This document shows positions 53,060 through 64,000 of a DNA stretch of 64,000 bases, piece after piece (the first letter of the stretch is position 1; the number at the start of each line of letters is the position of its first letter). This stretch comes from Chiloscyllium plagiosum (taxonomy: Eukaryota): the NCBI RefSeq assembly GCF_004010195.1, contig NC_057751.1, positions 2,685,984 to 2,749,983 of the forward strand, in the 5' to 3' direction. The notes under the pieces are model-generated. The model worked only from the letters and a program-made list of their open reading frames with translations, had not been told where the DNA came from and made no database searches. Position numbers and translations under genes: made by a program.

Positions 53060-54320
53060 GAAAGCAGTAAAAGAATCGGTTCTCGTCAACATGGACGCAC
53101 TAAAGAGATATCACGCTTGACAAATCATCTGGAATTTTTTGAGGATGTGACCAATGCAATGGTGAAACTTGTGTATCTAGACTGCCAAAAGGCTTTTGAC
53201 AAAGTTTCACACAACAGATTAGTAAGGAAAATTAAAGCTCATGGTATCAGAGATAATGTATTGTCATGGATACAGAACTGGTTGGCAGACAGGAAGCAGA
53301 GAACTGGAATAAATGGGGTCTGTTCAGAGTGGCAGGTAGTGACGAATGGGATGCCACAGGGTTCAATGCTGGGACCTCAGCTGTTCACAATATACATGAG
53401 TGATTCCGACAAAGGAATTGAGTGCATTATCTCCAAATTTGCAAATGACAGTAAACTGGGTGGCAGTGTATGCTGTGAGGAGGATGCTAAGAGTCTGCAG
53501 TGATTTGGACAGACCGGATGAGTGGGCAGGTTGTTGGCAAATGCAGTATAATGTGGCTAAATGTGAGGTCATCCACTTTGGTGGCAAAAACAGGAAGGCA
53601 GATCATTATCTGAATGATGCAGTTTCGGACAAGGTGAGGTGCAACGAGACCATGGTGGAATAGTCACTGAAGGTTGGCATGCAGGTACAGCAGGCAGTGA
53701 GGAAAGTTAATATGATGGTCTCTTTCACAGTGAGAGGATTTGAGTATCAGAGTAAGGATGTCTTGCTGCAGCTATACATGGTCTTGGTGAGGCCACATGT
53801 TGAGTCTTGTGTGAAGTTTTGGCCTCCTAATCTGAGGAAGGATGTTCTTGCTAATGAGAGAGTCCAGCAAAGGTTCAGCATACTGATTCCTGGGATGGCA
53901 GGACTGACATATGAAGAAAGATTGGATTGACTGGGCTTTGTACTTCAGGCGGATCTCATAGAAACATATAAAATCCTGATGGGACTAGACAGACTTGATG
54001 TGAGTAGAATATTCCTGATGTTAGGAAAGTCCAAAACTCAGGGTCACAGTCTAAGAACACGGGGTAAGTCATTCAGGACTGGATGAAGAAGAATTTCTTC
54101 ACTCAGGGAGTTGTGAACCTGTGGAATTCTCTCCCACAGGAAGCAGTTGGGGCTGGTTCATTGGATATATTCAATAGGGAGTTGGATGTGGTCCATGCAG
54201 CTAAAGGAATCAAGGGGTATGGGGAGAAAGCAGGGGTGGGATACTCAGATTGCATGATCAGCCATGCAATCAAATTCAATGGTGGTGCAGGTTAGAAGGG
54301 CTGAATGGCCTACTCCTAAC
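53060..54320 (+). mobile_element. CR1 LINE RT and 3' end (decayed)
   Basis: LTNHLEFFEDVT, VYLDCQKAFDKVSH, GMPQGSMLGPQLF, FANDSK, LVRPHVE.CV.FW. Confidence 0.95.
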
Positions 54321-54503
54321 ACTGTCAGAAGAAGGTCAACATTCCACTCCACCAGCGTAAGTGCCACCATTTTGTCTCCAATACCTCACACTCACTATTT
54401 CTGCTACAATAATCACATTCCACTGAGACACATGCACTACCACTCTCATTTTTGCATTCAATATCTTCCCTCACTCACTGCCACTTATCACAACCTGAAA
54501 TAC

Positions 54504-56010
54504 TGTTATGAAGTTGAACGTGTGTACTGACCCTTGAAGAGAGAGAGAGAATGCTGTTCTGAACTGAGAGCTTGCAAGTATCTGTGTATATGACGAGATG
54601 GCAGTCCCAGAGTATCCTGAAAAATTGAAAATATGTAACATTTGGTTGTAAAATGGATACCTAAGTTTTGATTGCTGTTTTGGCACCAATTCAAATTTAA
54701 CCAATCAGTTTAAATTTGGTCGGCACAACATTGTGGGCTGAAGGGCCTGTTCTGTGCTGTACTGTTCTATGTTCTAAAATTATGCTCCAGGATACTAAAT
54801 CCCAATCGAGTTTGAATTTAATGTTTTACCAACATTGAACCAACGAGATGATCTGCTGTTAGGGGTATAAAAATGCAGACGTTTCGAAAATTGGTCACAG
54901 AGAAATTGCCATAGAGAGAAACTCCCAGAGAGCTAATTGCCCATCCAACATTTTGCTCTCAAAGAAATTAGAATCATAGAATCCCTACAGTGAGGAAGCA
55001 AGCCATTTGTCCCAACATGTCCACATTAACCATCCAAAGAGTAACCCACACAGACCCATTCCCTATTGCTTTACATTTCCCGTGACTAATGCACCAAACT
55101 TCATATCCCTGAATGCTGAGGGCGGCTCAGTGGTTAGCACTGCAGCCTCACAGCACCTGGGTCCCAGGTTCAACCCCAGTCTTGGGTGACTGTCTGTGTA
55201 GAGTTTGCACCTTCTCCCCGTGTCTGTGCAGGTTTGCTCCGGTTTCCTCCCACAGTCCAAAGATGTGCAGGTCAGGGTGAATTGGCCACGCTAAATTGCC
55301 TGTAGTGTTAGGTGCAATAGTCAGAGGGAAATGGGTCTGGATGTGTTACTCTTCGGAGGGTAGGTGTGGACCAGTTGGGCCGAAGGGCCTGTTTCCATGC
55401 TGTCTGGAATCTAATCTAATCTAAATTCGCTTGGCCAATTCACCTAACCTGCACAGCTTTGGATTGTGGGAGGAAACCGGAGCAAACCTGCACAGACACG
55501 GGGAGAAGGTGCAAACTCTACACAGACAGTCACCCAAGGCTGGAATCAAACCCAGGTCTCTGGCACTACGAGGCAGTAGTGCTAGCCACTGAGCCAAGTT
55601 AGAAAACCTTCACCGTCCATGGTACCTTTTCATGTGAAACACACTCACAGTAAAAAGAAAGAAGACGACCCAGGGAGATCCGTAGCTGGAAGAGTGAAGA
55701 CATAGAAGAAGACAGAGACTATGTGCTTTTGAAATTAAGTTGATGTAATTTTAAGAAGTGTTGAATTGGAACAGCATATTGTTACAGAGTTGGAGGCAGA
55801 TAGTAAGCAGTGAAGAGAAAGGGAGGCTTAGAGTTGTGAATAATTTTTCTTTAGTGATTGCTTTTAGAATCAAAAAATAAATTGATGTTGTTTTCTTTAA
55901 ATGCTGGAATTTGGGAGTTCTGTCACTCATATGTTAACAGATTATGAGACGAGGCAAGCTTTTCTAGGTGTTTGGTTTAATTAACAGAAGGGTTCACCTC
56001 AGTGTCAACA
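54504..56010 (+). mobile_element. Solo LTR with nested CR1 tail (about 54715-54776) and nested HE1 SINEs
   Basis: TGTTATGA...TGTCAACA termini, TATA-like ggggtataaaa near 54862, aataaa near 55876. No clear TSD. Confidence 0.6.
54970..55597. mobile_element. HE1 SINE (+, 55121-55423) nested in the opposite orientation inside an HE1 SINE (-)
   Basis: The host's tail lies at 54970-55120 and its head at 55424-55597. Confidence 0.9.
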
Positions 56011-56256
56011 CTAATAATCCTTAATGCTCTCTGCACTGCCTACTCATTCTGTCAGGAGACCTCCCCACCTGCACTAACAGTAGTAACTGGGCCACCCACT
56101 TTCAGCTCCCATAATACCTGCCTCTCTTTCTCATTTATGAGGTAAGCAGATCCCAACAGTGCAAAAATCATCAAGATGGGTGGTCGGCTTTCCCATATTC
56201 GATTCGTCAAACCTTATGTGGAGAGTATCTGATTGATTGATGACTGTTTCACAAGC

Positions 56257-56490
56257 TGAAAATGTGTTGCTGGAAAAGCGCAGCAGGTCAGGCAGCATCC
56301 AGGGAACAGGAGAATCGACGTTTCGGGCATAAGCCCTTCTTCAGGAAACGGGAAGCCCTTCTTCAGGAATCCTTATGCCCGAAACGTCGATTCTCCTGTT
56401 CCCTGGATGCTGCCTGACCTGCTGCGCTTTTCCAGCAACACATTTTCAGCTCTGATCTCCAGAATCTGCAGACCTCACTTTCTCCTCAAA
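56257..56490. mobile_element. Young palindromic pLTR-only Penelope derivative (family A), 15-bp TSD
   Basis: Perfect 80-bp inverted arms at 56254-56333 and 56372-56451. TSD gactgtttcacaagc at 56242-56256 and 56491-56505. Confidence 0.93.
56311..56347 (-). ncRNA. Minimal hammerhead motif (family A pLTR)
   Basis: Minus strand: ttc-CTGAAGA-a-GGGC[ttat]GCCC-GAAA-cg-TC-gatt, with a GUC triplet and a weak stem I. Confidence 0.6.
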
Positions 56491-57292
56491 GACTGTTTCA
56501 CAAGCCCCAGACCAGGTATCAGAGACTGACCTTGGCTCACTGTGCAGGGACCCTTAAGGGGTGACTGTCCTGGTTAACTGAGGCCTGCTGACAACTGAGA
56601 CAGGTTTCTTGCCTTTGTGTCTGTACTAAGTGAAGTAGCGAGAGAGAAGTAATATGAGCCTGGTATCACTGGCTGAGGGAATCAAAGCCGCCAAAGGCAA
56701 GGCAAAGGGTTACTAAATGAAGATAAAAAAAAGATGTGGAGAGGCTTTGGGAGGGAATTTAGGCAGATGAAGCCTAGGCAACCAAGAGATGGGAGTGTGG
56801 AATTTGAAAACAAACACATCAACCGTGATGTTTTTGGATGGTGGGACAGGCTTAAAGGGCTGAATGGCCTATTTCTACTCCTAATTTCTTTACTGAGAGC
56901 AATCGCAGAGCAAAGTAAGTGTCATCTCATTTGAAGTATGATTCATGGATTCATAGAAGAAAGACTGACTAGGGAAATTGTGCAAGGCACAAAGTTATGG
57001 AAAAGGAGCTGGGTAAGAAAGGGTGGCGAATCAAGGCTCAATGAATTGAACATCGGGTGGCAAATTAGCAGACCAGACCCCCAGGGCCAATTGGCCAAGC
57101 TCTACTTCTCCATTCCAACATCACTGTATCGTGACGGAGAAAAAAAGGATTGGGTGTTCTCAGTTCAGTCTGAGGAACCTAGAGAGGGGGTTGAAATTAC
57201 TATTCAGTTCCCATGCCATTTAACATACACAGGTAGCTAGGGGAGAAGGTTGGTGTAGGGCAGTAACTTCATTGTGCTGATTCTTGACAGAT

Positions 57293-57645
57293 CATTGAAT
57301 CCCTACAGTGTGGAATTAGGTCATTTGTCCCGTTAAGTCGACACTGACCTTTTGAACAACTTCCCACCCAGATGTCCACCCCACGCCCAACCCCCAGCCT
57401 ATCCCTGTAACCCTGTATTTCCCATGGCTAATCAACTTTGTCTGTAGGTCCCTGGATACTATTAGCAATTTAGCATAGCCAATCCACCCTAACCTGTGGG
57501 AGGAAACTGGAGCACCCAGAGGAATCCTTCGCAGACAAAGGGAGAACGTGCAGACTCCACATAGATAGTCACCCGAGGCTGGAAATGAGCCTGGGGCCCT
57601 GACACTGACAGGCAGCAGTGCTAATCACTGAACCACCGTGCAATC
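57293..57645 (-). mobile_element. HE1-like SINE
   Basis: gaatccctacagtgtggaa...ggcagcagtgctaatcactgaaccaccgtg. Confidence 0.88.
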
Positions 57646-59194
57646 CTTAAGACAGTAGTGTCTCTGAAAGATGCTGCAGCAATTTCCAAAGAATACAAAA
57701 GAACAGAGGCTAGATTCCCAATTACTTCACAATGGGTTTGATATGAAATTTCCAACAAATAATAGAACTGGAACAACACAAACAGACTTGAACCTCATGA
57801 CTCAGCTTGATTAGAGGTCTAGAGTGGCAACAGGAGTGAATATCTGAAGGGTTTGATTGTGTTGCAGAGAACAGTGAAGAAGAGCTTTTTGCATGAACAA
57901 CACATATCAAAAGAAACCTTTGCTTTCGCGCAGACTCCTGCAGTGCAGTGTGAAGGAAATGGAAATTTCAAACTTTGGAATTCTTTTAAATGTAGTGACC
58001 CACATAGGGGAGTTTGAGAAGAAAAATGACATGTTGCGTTTGCACTTAATACACTGCAGTACCCACTCAATTCTCAAAATCTCTCTGTTCCCATTAATAT
58101 TTATTATAATGCTCGTACAACAACTTGCATTCATGTAGCCTTGAACGCAGTAAATCCTTTGAAGAAACCTAAATGAGAGGAATGTTATCTATCAAAACTT
58201 GGAATTGAGCCACAGAAGAAATATTAGGACAAGTGGCCAATGGCAAAGTGGAAAACAATGTTAGTTCTTCTAGAAGAGGAGAAAGATTCCTCGAGGTTTA
58301 AGGAATGATTTGGAAATGTTCATCCTCACCCGAGTTAATGATGATATGCTGCAAACAGCGAGTCCACTGCCCAGACTGTGATCTCCCATTTCGTTCAAAG
58401 CATATTGGACCGGCCTCTTCTGACACCTGACTTGTCTAAGTCCAAGTCAGAACTGAATGTTGCCTTCACACAGAGCCAGAGTCAGAGGCATTGTGGACAG
58501 TGAGGGGGCCAGTTCAATGAGTAGCCTGAACAGGGATTGTGGATTCTGCCAAAGGTTAGTTGCAGGCTAAATGTCATTGTGTTACACAGGTAGAATGTGT
58601 AGACATTAAGCTGACAATTGCACACAGAGTTCAGTGAATCTTAACCATTAGTTATGAGGCAAATTTCAGTGTTCTCTATTTTTTTCCTAAATAACATGAC
58701 AATTTTGGTGAGTTTCATTAGTGGTGGAAGAAAAGTTCCTCTACATCCTGGTTTCCACCCCAGCAAATCCTCCTCACCTTCAGGCTTTCTGTGAATCATT
58801 GTCCCATGCTTAATATTCCCCCACCTTTCACATGAAAAATTTCCCAGTTTGGGTTTCTCCTCTTCCCTTCTCTCCATATCCAACCCTCTCTTTCTCTCGT
58901 CCTCTCTGGACCCCTCCTGGGTTTTGAAACTTCTCACATAGCAGTTGAAGTTGAGAACTTGCAAACAGATGCTTGACTTCAAAGGGCTTGACCTGGCAGT
59001 AACATTCACGGACATAAATAGTGAAGTTCCAGGAGTACATTCAACTGCATTTAGAAATATAAATATTAGGATCCATTTCACCAGTTCAGTTGTTCTCACA
59101 TCAAATATGTAATTCTAATAACTGATGTAGGCTCACTGCACTTAATTGGTTATGCCGAGGTATAAACTCAGAGCAAAATAAACAACGCATGAAG

Positions 59195-59500
59195 TAAGGT
59201 GGTTCACTGCAGCCTCACAGTGCCAGGGACCTGGGTTTCATTCCCACCTCGGGTGACTGTCTGTGTGGAGTTTGCATGTTCTCCCCAAGTCTGCATGGGT
59301 TTCCTCCGGATGCTCCACTTTCCTTGCACAATCCAAATGTGAATTGGCCATGCTAAAATTGCACATAGTGTTAGGTGCATTAGTCAGGGGTAAATATACC
59401 GTAGGGGCGTGGGTCTGGGTCGGTTACTCTTCGGCGGGTCGGTGTGGACTTGTTGGGCTGAAGGGCCTGTTTCCATACTGTAGATAATCTAATCTAATCA
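59195..59500 (+). mobile_element. HE1-like SINE
   Basis: cactgcagcctcacagtgccagggacc...ggcctgtttccatactgtagataatctaatctaatc. Confidence 0.9.
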
Positions 59501-59529
59501 AACCTAGTGGGAAAATAAGTATTAGAGCA

Positions 59530-59935
59530 GATATCTTATATTTTGATTTATTGTCACGTGTACCTCAGTACAGTGAAAAGCTTTGTTTGCAAGAAATATA
59601 GGCAGATCATAGCAAATAAAGACATACAGTTAATAGGGTGCTCAGACAGAGTGAGGCATACAGGTTACACTGCACAGGACATATACAAAGTCAGATCAAC
59701 ATCAGTAAGATCAACATTATTTGAAATTGGAGAGTCTAATAACAGAAGGGAAGAAAGAGTTCTTGTAGTTGCTGGTGCATGTATTCAAGCTTCTGTATTT
59801 TCTGCCTAACAGAAGAGGCTGTGGGAGAGCGTTATTGGGGTGGGAAAGATCTTTGATGATGTTGAGACCCTTTCCGTCGCAGCAAAAAGTGTAAATGGAG
59901 ACTATAGATGGAAGGTTGGTTTCTGTGCTGGTCTG
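59530..59935 (-). mobile_element. Rex1/Babar LINE 3' end
   Basis: IIKDLSHPNNAL.QPL..GRKYRSL.T.T...KNSFFPSVIRL.N is the typical Rex1 C-terminus. Confidence 0.8.
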
Positions 59936-59944
59936 GGTTCCCCT

Positions 59945-60290
59945 GTCCTTACCCCTATCCCACACGTCAGGCCTTGTTGTCTCATTGTCTGTTATTATAC
60001 ACAACCCATTGTTAGTGTGTAACAGTACCCACCAATAGCTATTCACCCTCCTAGAATAATTGTTATCCACTCCTTTGCCTATCCAACTGCTCTCCTCTCT
60101 CTTGGGGCTCTATCCCCACCTATTGTTACTCAGTATCCCCTACACCCCCACCCAATGCTCTGCATGAAAACCAACATTTTCCTCACCACTGTCATTTTTG
60201 AGGACGGGTCACTCGAAACGTTAACTTTAATTTCTCTCCACAGATAATACCTAACCTGCGGAGCTTTTCCAGCAATTTCTGTTTTTTTTA
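59945..60290 (+). mobile_element. Penelope family D 3' region with pLTR
   Basis: Ends ttgaggacgggtcactcgaaacgttaact...tttccagcaatttctgttttt. Confidence 0.7.
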
Positions 60291-62359
60291 TTGTCATTGC
60301 TATATTGCTTTGAGGTAAATCAAATCTCAAAAAATAGACTACAAATGTAACAAAAAATATATGGCAAATGCACAAAAGTCAGCAGGGAGAGGGGCCTGTC
60401 CAAAACAATGCAACACTCCCTCACTGAAATATCAGCATTGATTTCATTCTTACATTCTGGAGTCAGACACAAATTGACAACTTTCTGCCTTAGAGCTAAG
60501 GATGATTGAAGCTGATTTCAATGATTCATTGGTTTGAGCATTAAAATTTGGAGACAGTCACTTACCATGAGGAAGTGCAGCATTCCATTCTCAATTACAA
60601 AACTAACTGGAGACAGAGTGGGGTCTTTGAGGAAGTCTGCAAGAGGAACTTTGTATGTTTGTGGTGAGACATTGATGCCTGCCTTGTGTGACGTTGGATT
60701 TTAAGCAGAATAAATCCATTTCCTCTCTCATTTCATTCTTTATCAGTTTCATGACAATGGACAATCAGTTAAAGAATGGAAATGCAAAGATGATGTCCCC
60801 AAACTGTCCAACAGTCCCAAGTTTCAGCGTGGACTCTCTAATCCAGTAAACCACATGCATTCTCTCAGGTGCAGTGCAGAATTGTCGTCCTGTAAATTGC
60901 AATGTGGAAGACAAAAACATAAAAGCTAATACATTCTCTGAAGTTCAGTTACCAAAGAACATCTAGGTTAGGATAAGGATTCAAATTTTCATGGAAAACC
61001 GATTTGACAATTGAGTTTGGAAACATTTTTAAGGTTGGATATTCACTGGCATTGTTCATTCACCCATTGATTGGGAATAAATTCAAACCTCTCTCTTGCT
61101 CCCTCAAGGTGGCCTTGGAGTTGAGTGCAATCGACTACCACATGATCCAGGACATTCCTTCCTCTATTTTGACTGAATGCTTGCCTCTGACTTCATATCA
61201 GGTACAACATCCTCAGAAAACCTTTGATTTGAACTGGTGTTTGTGATTTGTTCTTGTGGAGCACACATGCCGAGTGTTCACTGACAAAGCTGAATGTTGG
61301 ACCTCAGTATTTTTGAAATGTTTCCATCAGTCAGCCTGAATGATAATGTCATAAACTTGATTGCTTCGAGAGAATTGCTTTCATGTTTGCCAGTTAATTA
61401 GTTGTACATGGTTTAAGCTTATGCATAATAGAACACATGATGGGCACATATGATACTTCTGTGATACACTGGAGAGATAAGTGCAAGATGAACTGTTTTC
61501 AATGACTGAAGGGTCAGTAAACATAGATTAAGATTCTTGGCACAAGCCAGGGATTGAGCTGAGGTAGATTTGGTTTTATTAAAGCAGAGAGTATGTGTGC
61601 TTTAGTTTGCCAATTTACAAAAAGAGAGTTGGTTCTTTTCTTCAAAAGGAACAATTTGTAGGGAATTGATGAAAAGGAGTGAGCAGGACTGTGAGATTGC
61701 TGTTTCACGCTCCATCCAGGCACGATGAACTGAATGGCTGTGTGATTCTGGACTCACATTGCAGTCTTCAGTTTACATACCCAAGCGTTGTTTTATTCAC
61801 CTCTTATTGATACTTGCCAGCTTTCATGTGAAAGATTTCATGTCTGCATTCTTTGTAATTGCTGCACAGCTTCTTTTTAACACAGGTTACAATGAAAGTC
61901 ACTGTCCTGGAGTTTCATTTCTCCCATTTGCATATGTTATTTGGGAACAATGTGACAGGAAAGATTTTAAACCAGAAAGCATCAAATGCAACTTTGAATT
62001 CCACAATCTATCACAGAAAGAGTTGCTCTGGGCGTGATGAATGACTTTTCTGATTCAATACATGGACTGGAAACACAACAGAACCATAATGTAACAATTC
62101 TAAAAATATATAAAGATGTTTGTCATCGAAGAAGCGGACACCTTTTAAAGTGTTTCCAGTCTGGAGTATGACTGACCAATACGGGTCGTGATGTTACAGC
62201 CTACACCCCTTGGATTGAGGAAATTCACACCAAGTCCCATGTTGATGCTTCTCAACCTTGATGAAGTTTTGAAAGCCAAATGGAATTCAGAAGAAATCAC
62301 AAGCACACAATGTGTCAAAGATCTGACACAGCTTCCATTTTTCTTCAAAGCTCATAGGA

Positions 62360-62692
62360 ACAGCATGGTGGCTCAATGGTTAGCACTGCTGCCTCAGAAT
62401 ACCTGGGTCCCGGGATGGATTTCAGCCTTGGGCTATGTCTGGGTGGGTTTTCGCCGGGTGATCTGGTTTCCTCCCACAGTCCAAAGATATGTAGGTTAGG
62501 TGGACTGGCCGTGCTAAATTGTCCTGCAGTGTCCAGGCATGTGCAGCTTCAGTAGATTTCGCCATGGTAAATGTGGGGCTACATGGGATATGGTGGCGGG
62601 GTGGGGTGGGTCTGAGTGGGATGCTGTTTGGGCAGTCGGTCCAGACTCGATGGGTCAAATGGCGTCTATCCACACTGTAGCGATTCTATGAT
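62360..62692 (+). mobile_element. HE1-like SINE (internally deleted)
   Basis: gcatggtggctcaatggttagcactgctgcctcag...ccacactgtagcgattctatga. Confidence 0.88.
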
Positions 62693-63079
62693 TTTCTTCT
62701 ATGATAAGCAACCTTGAATCTCATCTGCACAAACCTGGCTGATGACAGGAAATGGCAATCCCTAAATACTTGAATGTAAAATTATAATTGGTGACTATAG
62801 TAAACTATAATTGAAAAGTGTCTCCTGAAAGAAAGAGGAACCGCACTTCTGCTCATATCGCTGATGACATCAATCAACACACACTGTGTGAAAAGGAAGA
62901 GAGCTGATTGAACAAGATTTCACACTGAGGTTCGATTACATAGCAAATGAAAGGCAGTTAAGGACAGAAAGGTTTGTTCATCTCTCCTGATTCTGCTTGT
63001 GGTCTGCCACTTCTTTCATCCCAGTTCCCTGACTTCTTTCTGAACTGGTTGATATTGTCACTTTTCAAAGTACTGCCAG

Positions 63080-63325
63080 GCTTCAAACTTAATTAGACTT
63101 GGCCGATTGATGAGGCTCTGGAATGCCATTCCAATCGGCCTTTCAGCCTGATTTTTCACACTGAAGACACTTCTTAAAAGTTCACCTCTCTCTCCAATTT
63201 TCTGGTCATTTAATCTGGGAGTTCCCTATGTGCCTCAATGTCATACTTGGTTTTATAATGTCCCTGTGAAGTGTTTTGGGATTTCCTGACACTGAAATCC
63301 CAACATAAATGTAAGCATTGTGTCA
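63080..63325 (+). mobile_element. L2 3' end
   Basis: gctctggaatgccattcc...aagacacttcttaaaa...cctgtgaagtgttttggg...taaatgtaag. Confidence 0.6.
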
Positions 63326-63649
63326 AGTAACATTTAGTGCAAAACTTGCTGTGTTCCAACAACCTTTTTGAACAATGCTAAAAAGAGAGACAAGGTTGGA
63401 AATTTCTGTCTTGAACTCATTAGGGACTGCTTTCATCACCCGGAAGATGCAAAGTTTTCACTTTGTGGTCTATCTTCAGCAGTGTTAAAAAAAAATCACA
63501 CCACACAGAAATTATGCTTTTGTTATTCAGGGACTCGAAGGAGTAGGTTGGCAGAGAATTGACAGAAGGAGGGATCATCTTAAATAGAACTGGTTGTAGT
63601 TAATGACAAAAATGATCATTTACTTTCAGGAAAAATTGGCAATGCTGAT

Positions 63650-63730
63650 GAAAACCAGTTGGACTATAACCTGATCTTGTGTGATTTTTGACTTTGTCCA
63701 TCCCAGTCCAACATCAGTCTCTCCACATTC
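63650..63730 (+). mobile_element. Family B pLTR terminus fragment
   Basis: gttggactataacctgatcttgtgtgatttttgactttgtccatcccagtccaacatc. Confidence 0.75.
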
Positions 63731-64000
63731 AGCAGTGTTGAAATACCGTGCTGACAAGCAATTATTTGTCAAACCCTTCTACAGAAAAAAATCTTCTCGT
63801 CTTCTTCTTTAGATGCTTCTTGCACCAGCCCCAAAATAAAAGTGGAAAGCATTAGAAATATTCAGCAGATCTGGCAGCATGCGAAACAGAGTGAACATTT
63901 CAGATCTGTGACTTCCCATTAAACGTGCAAAGGTCTTGAGAAAGTGAAACGGGGAATGGAGGGTGAGAGGAAAGATCAGAAAGCCCTTAGCTGATGCCTG

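Noticed and set aside
58641..59099. 152-aa ORF with a hydrophobic N-terminus
   Set aside because: Non-ATG start, no recognisable domain or splice context, and part of it comes from a CT-rich low-complexity tract.

Overview
Repeat-rich, essentially non-coding vertebrate DNA. The HE1-type V-SINEs, their partner HER1/CR1 LINEs and Deu-domain SINEs point to a cartilaginous fish, most likely a shark (inference from the repeat repertoire). I recognise no intact host gene. Protein-coding signal comes almost entirely from decayed retroelements: CR1 (ORF1 SGNH esterase, endonuclease, RT), Penelope-like elements (RT + GIY-YIG), an L1-Tx1 ORF1, Rex1/Babar, L2 and a probable RTE-X. There is also a histone H2B pseudogene inserted inside an L2 fragment and one orphan candidate terminal exon (9606-9998). 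Main observations: (1) four sequence-distinct Penelope pLTR families each carry a minimal hammerhead-ribozyme fold (CUGANGA-N-stemII-GAAA-palindrome-UH); (2) Penelope insertions form inverted/hairpin structures with 9-15 bp target-site duplications and junction microhomology, plus one apparent 88-bp duplication; (3) a 74-bp perfectly homogenised tract is shared by two nested, inverted SINEs inside a solo LTR. Repeat boundaries were judged by eye and are approximate unless a TSD is quoted. Family names come from my recollection of consensus sequences, not from a database search.
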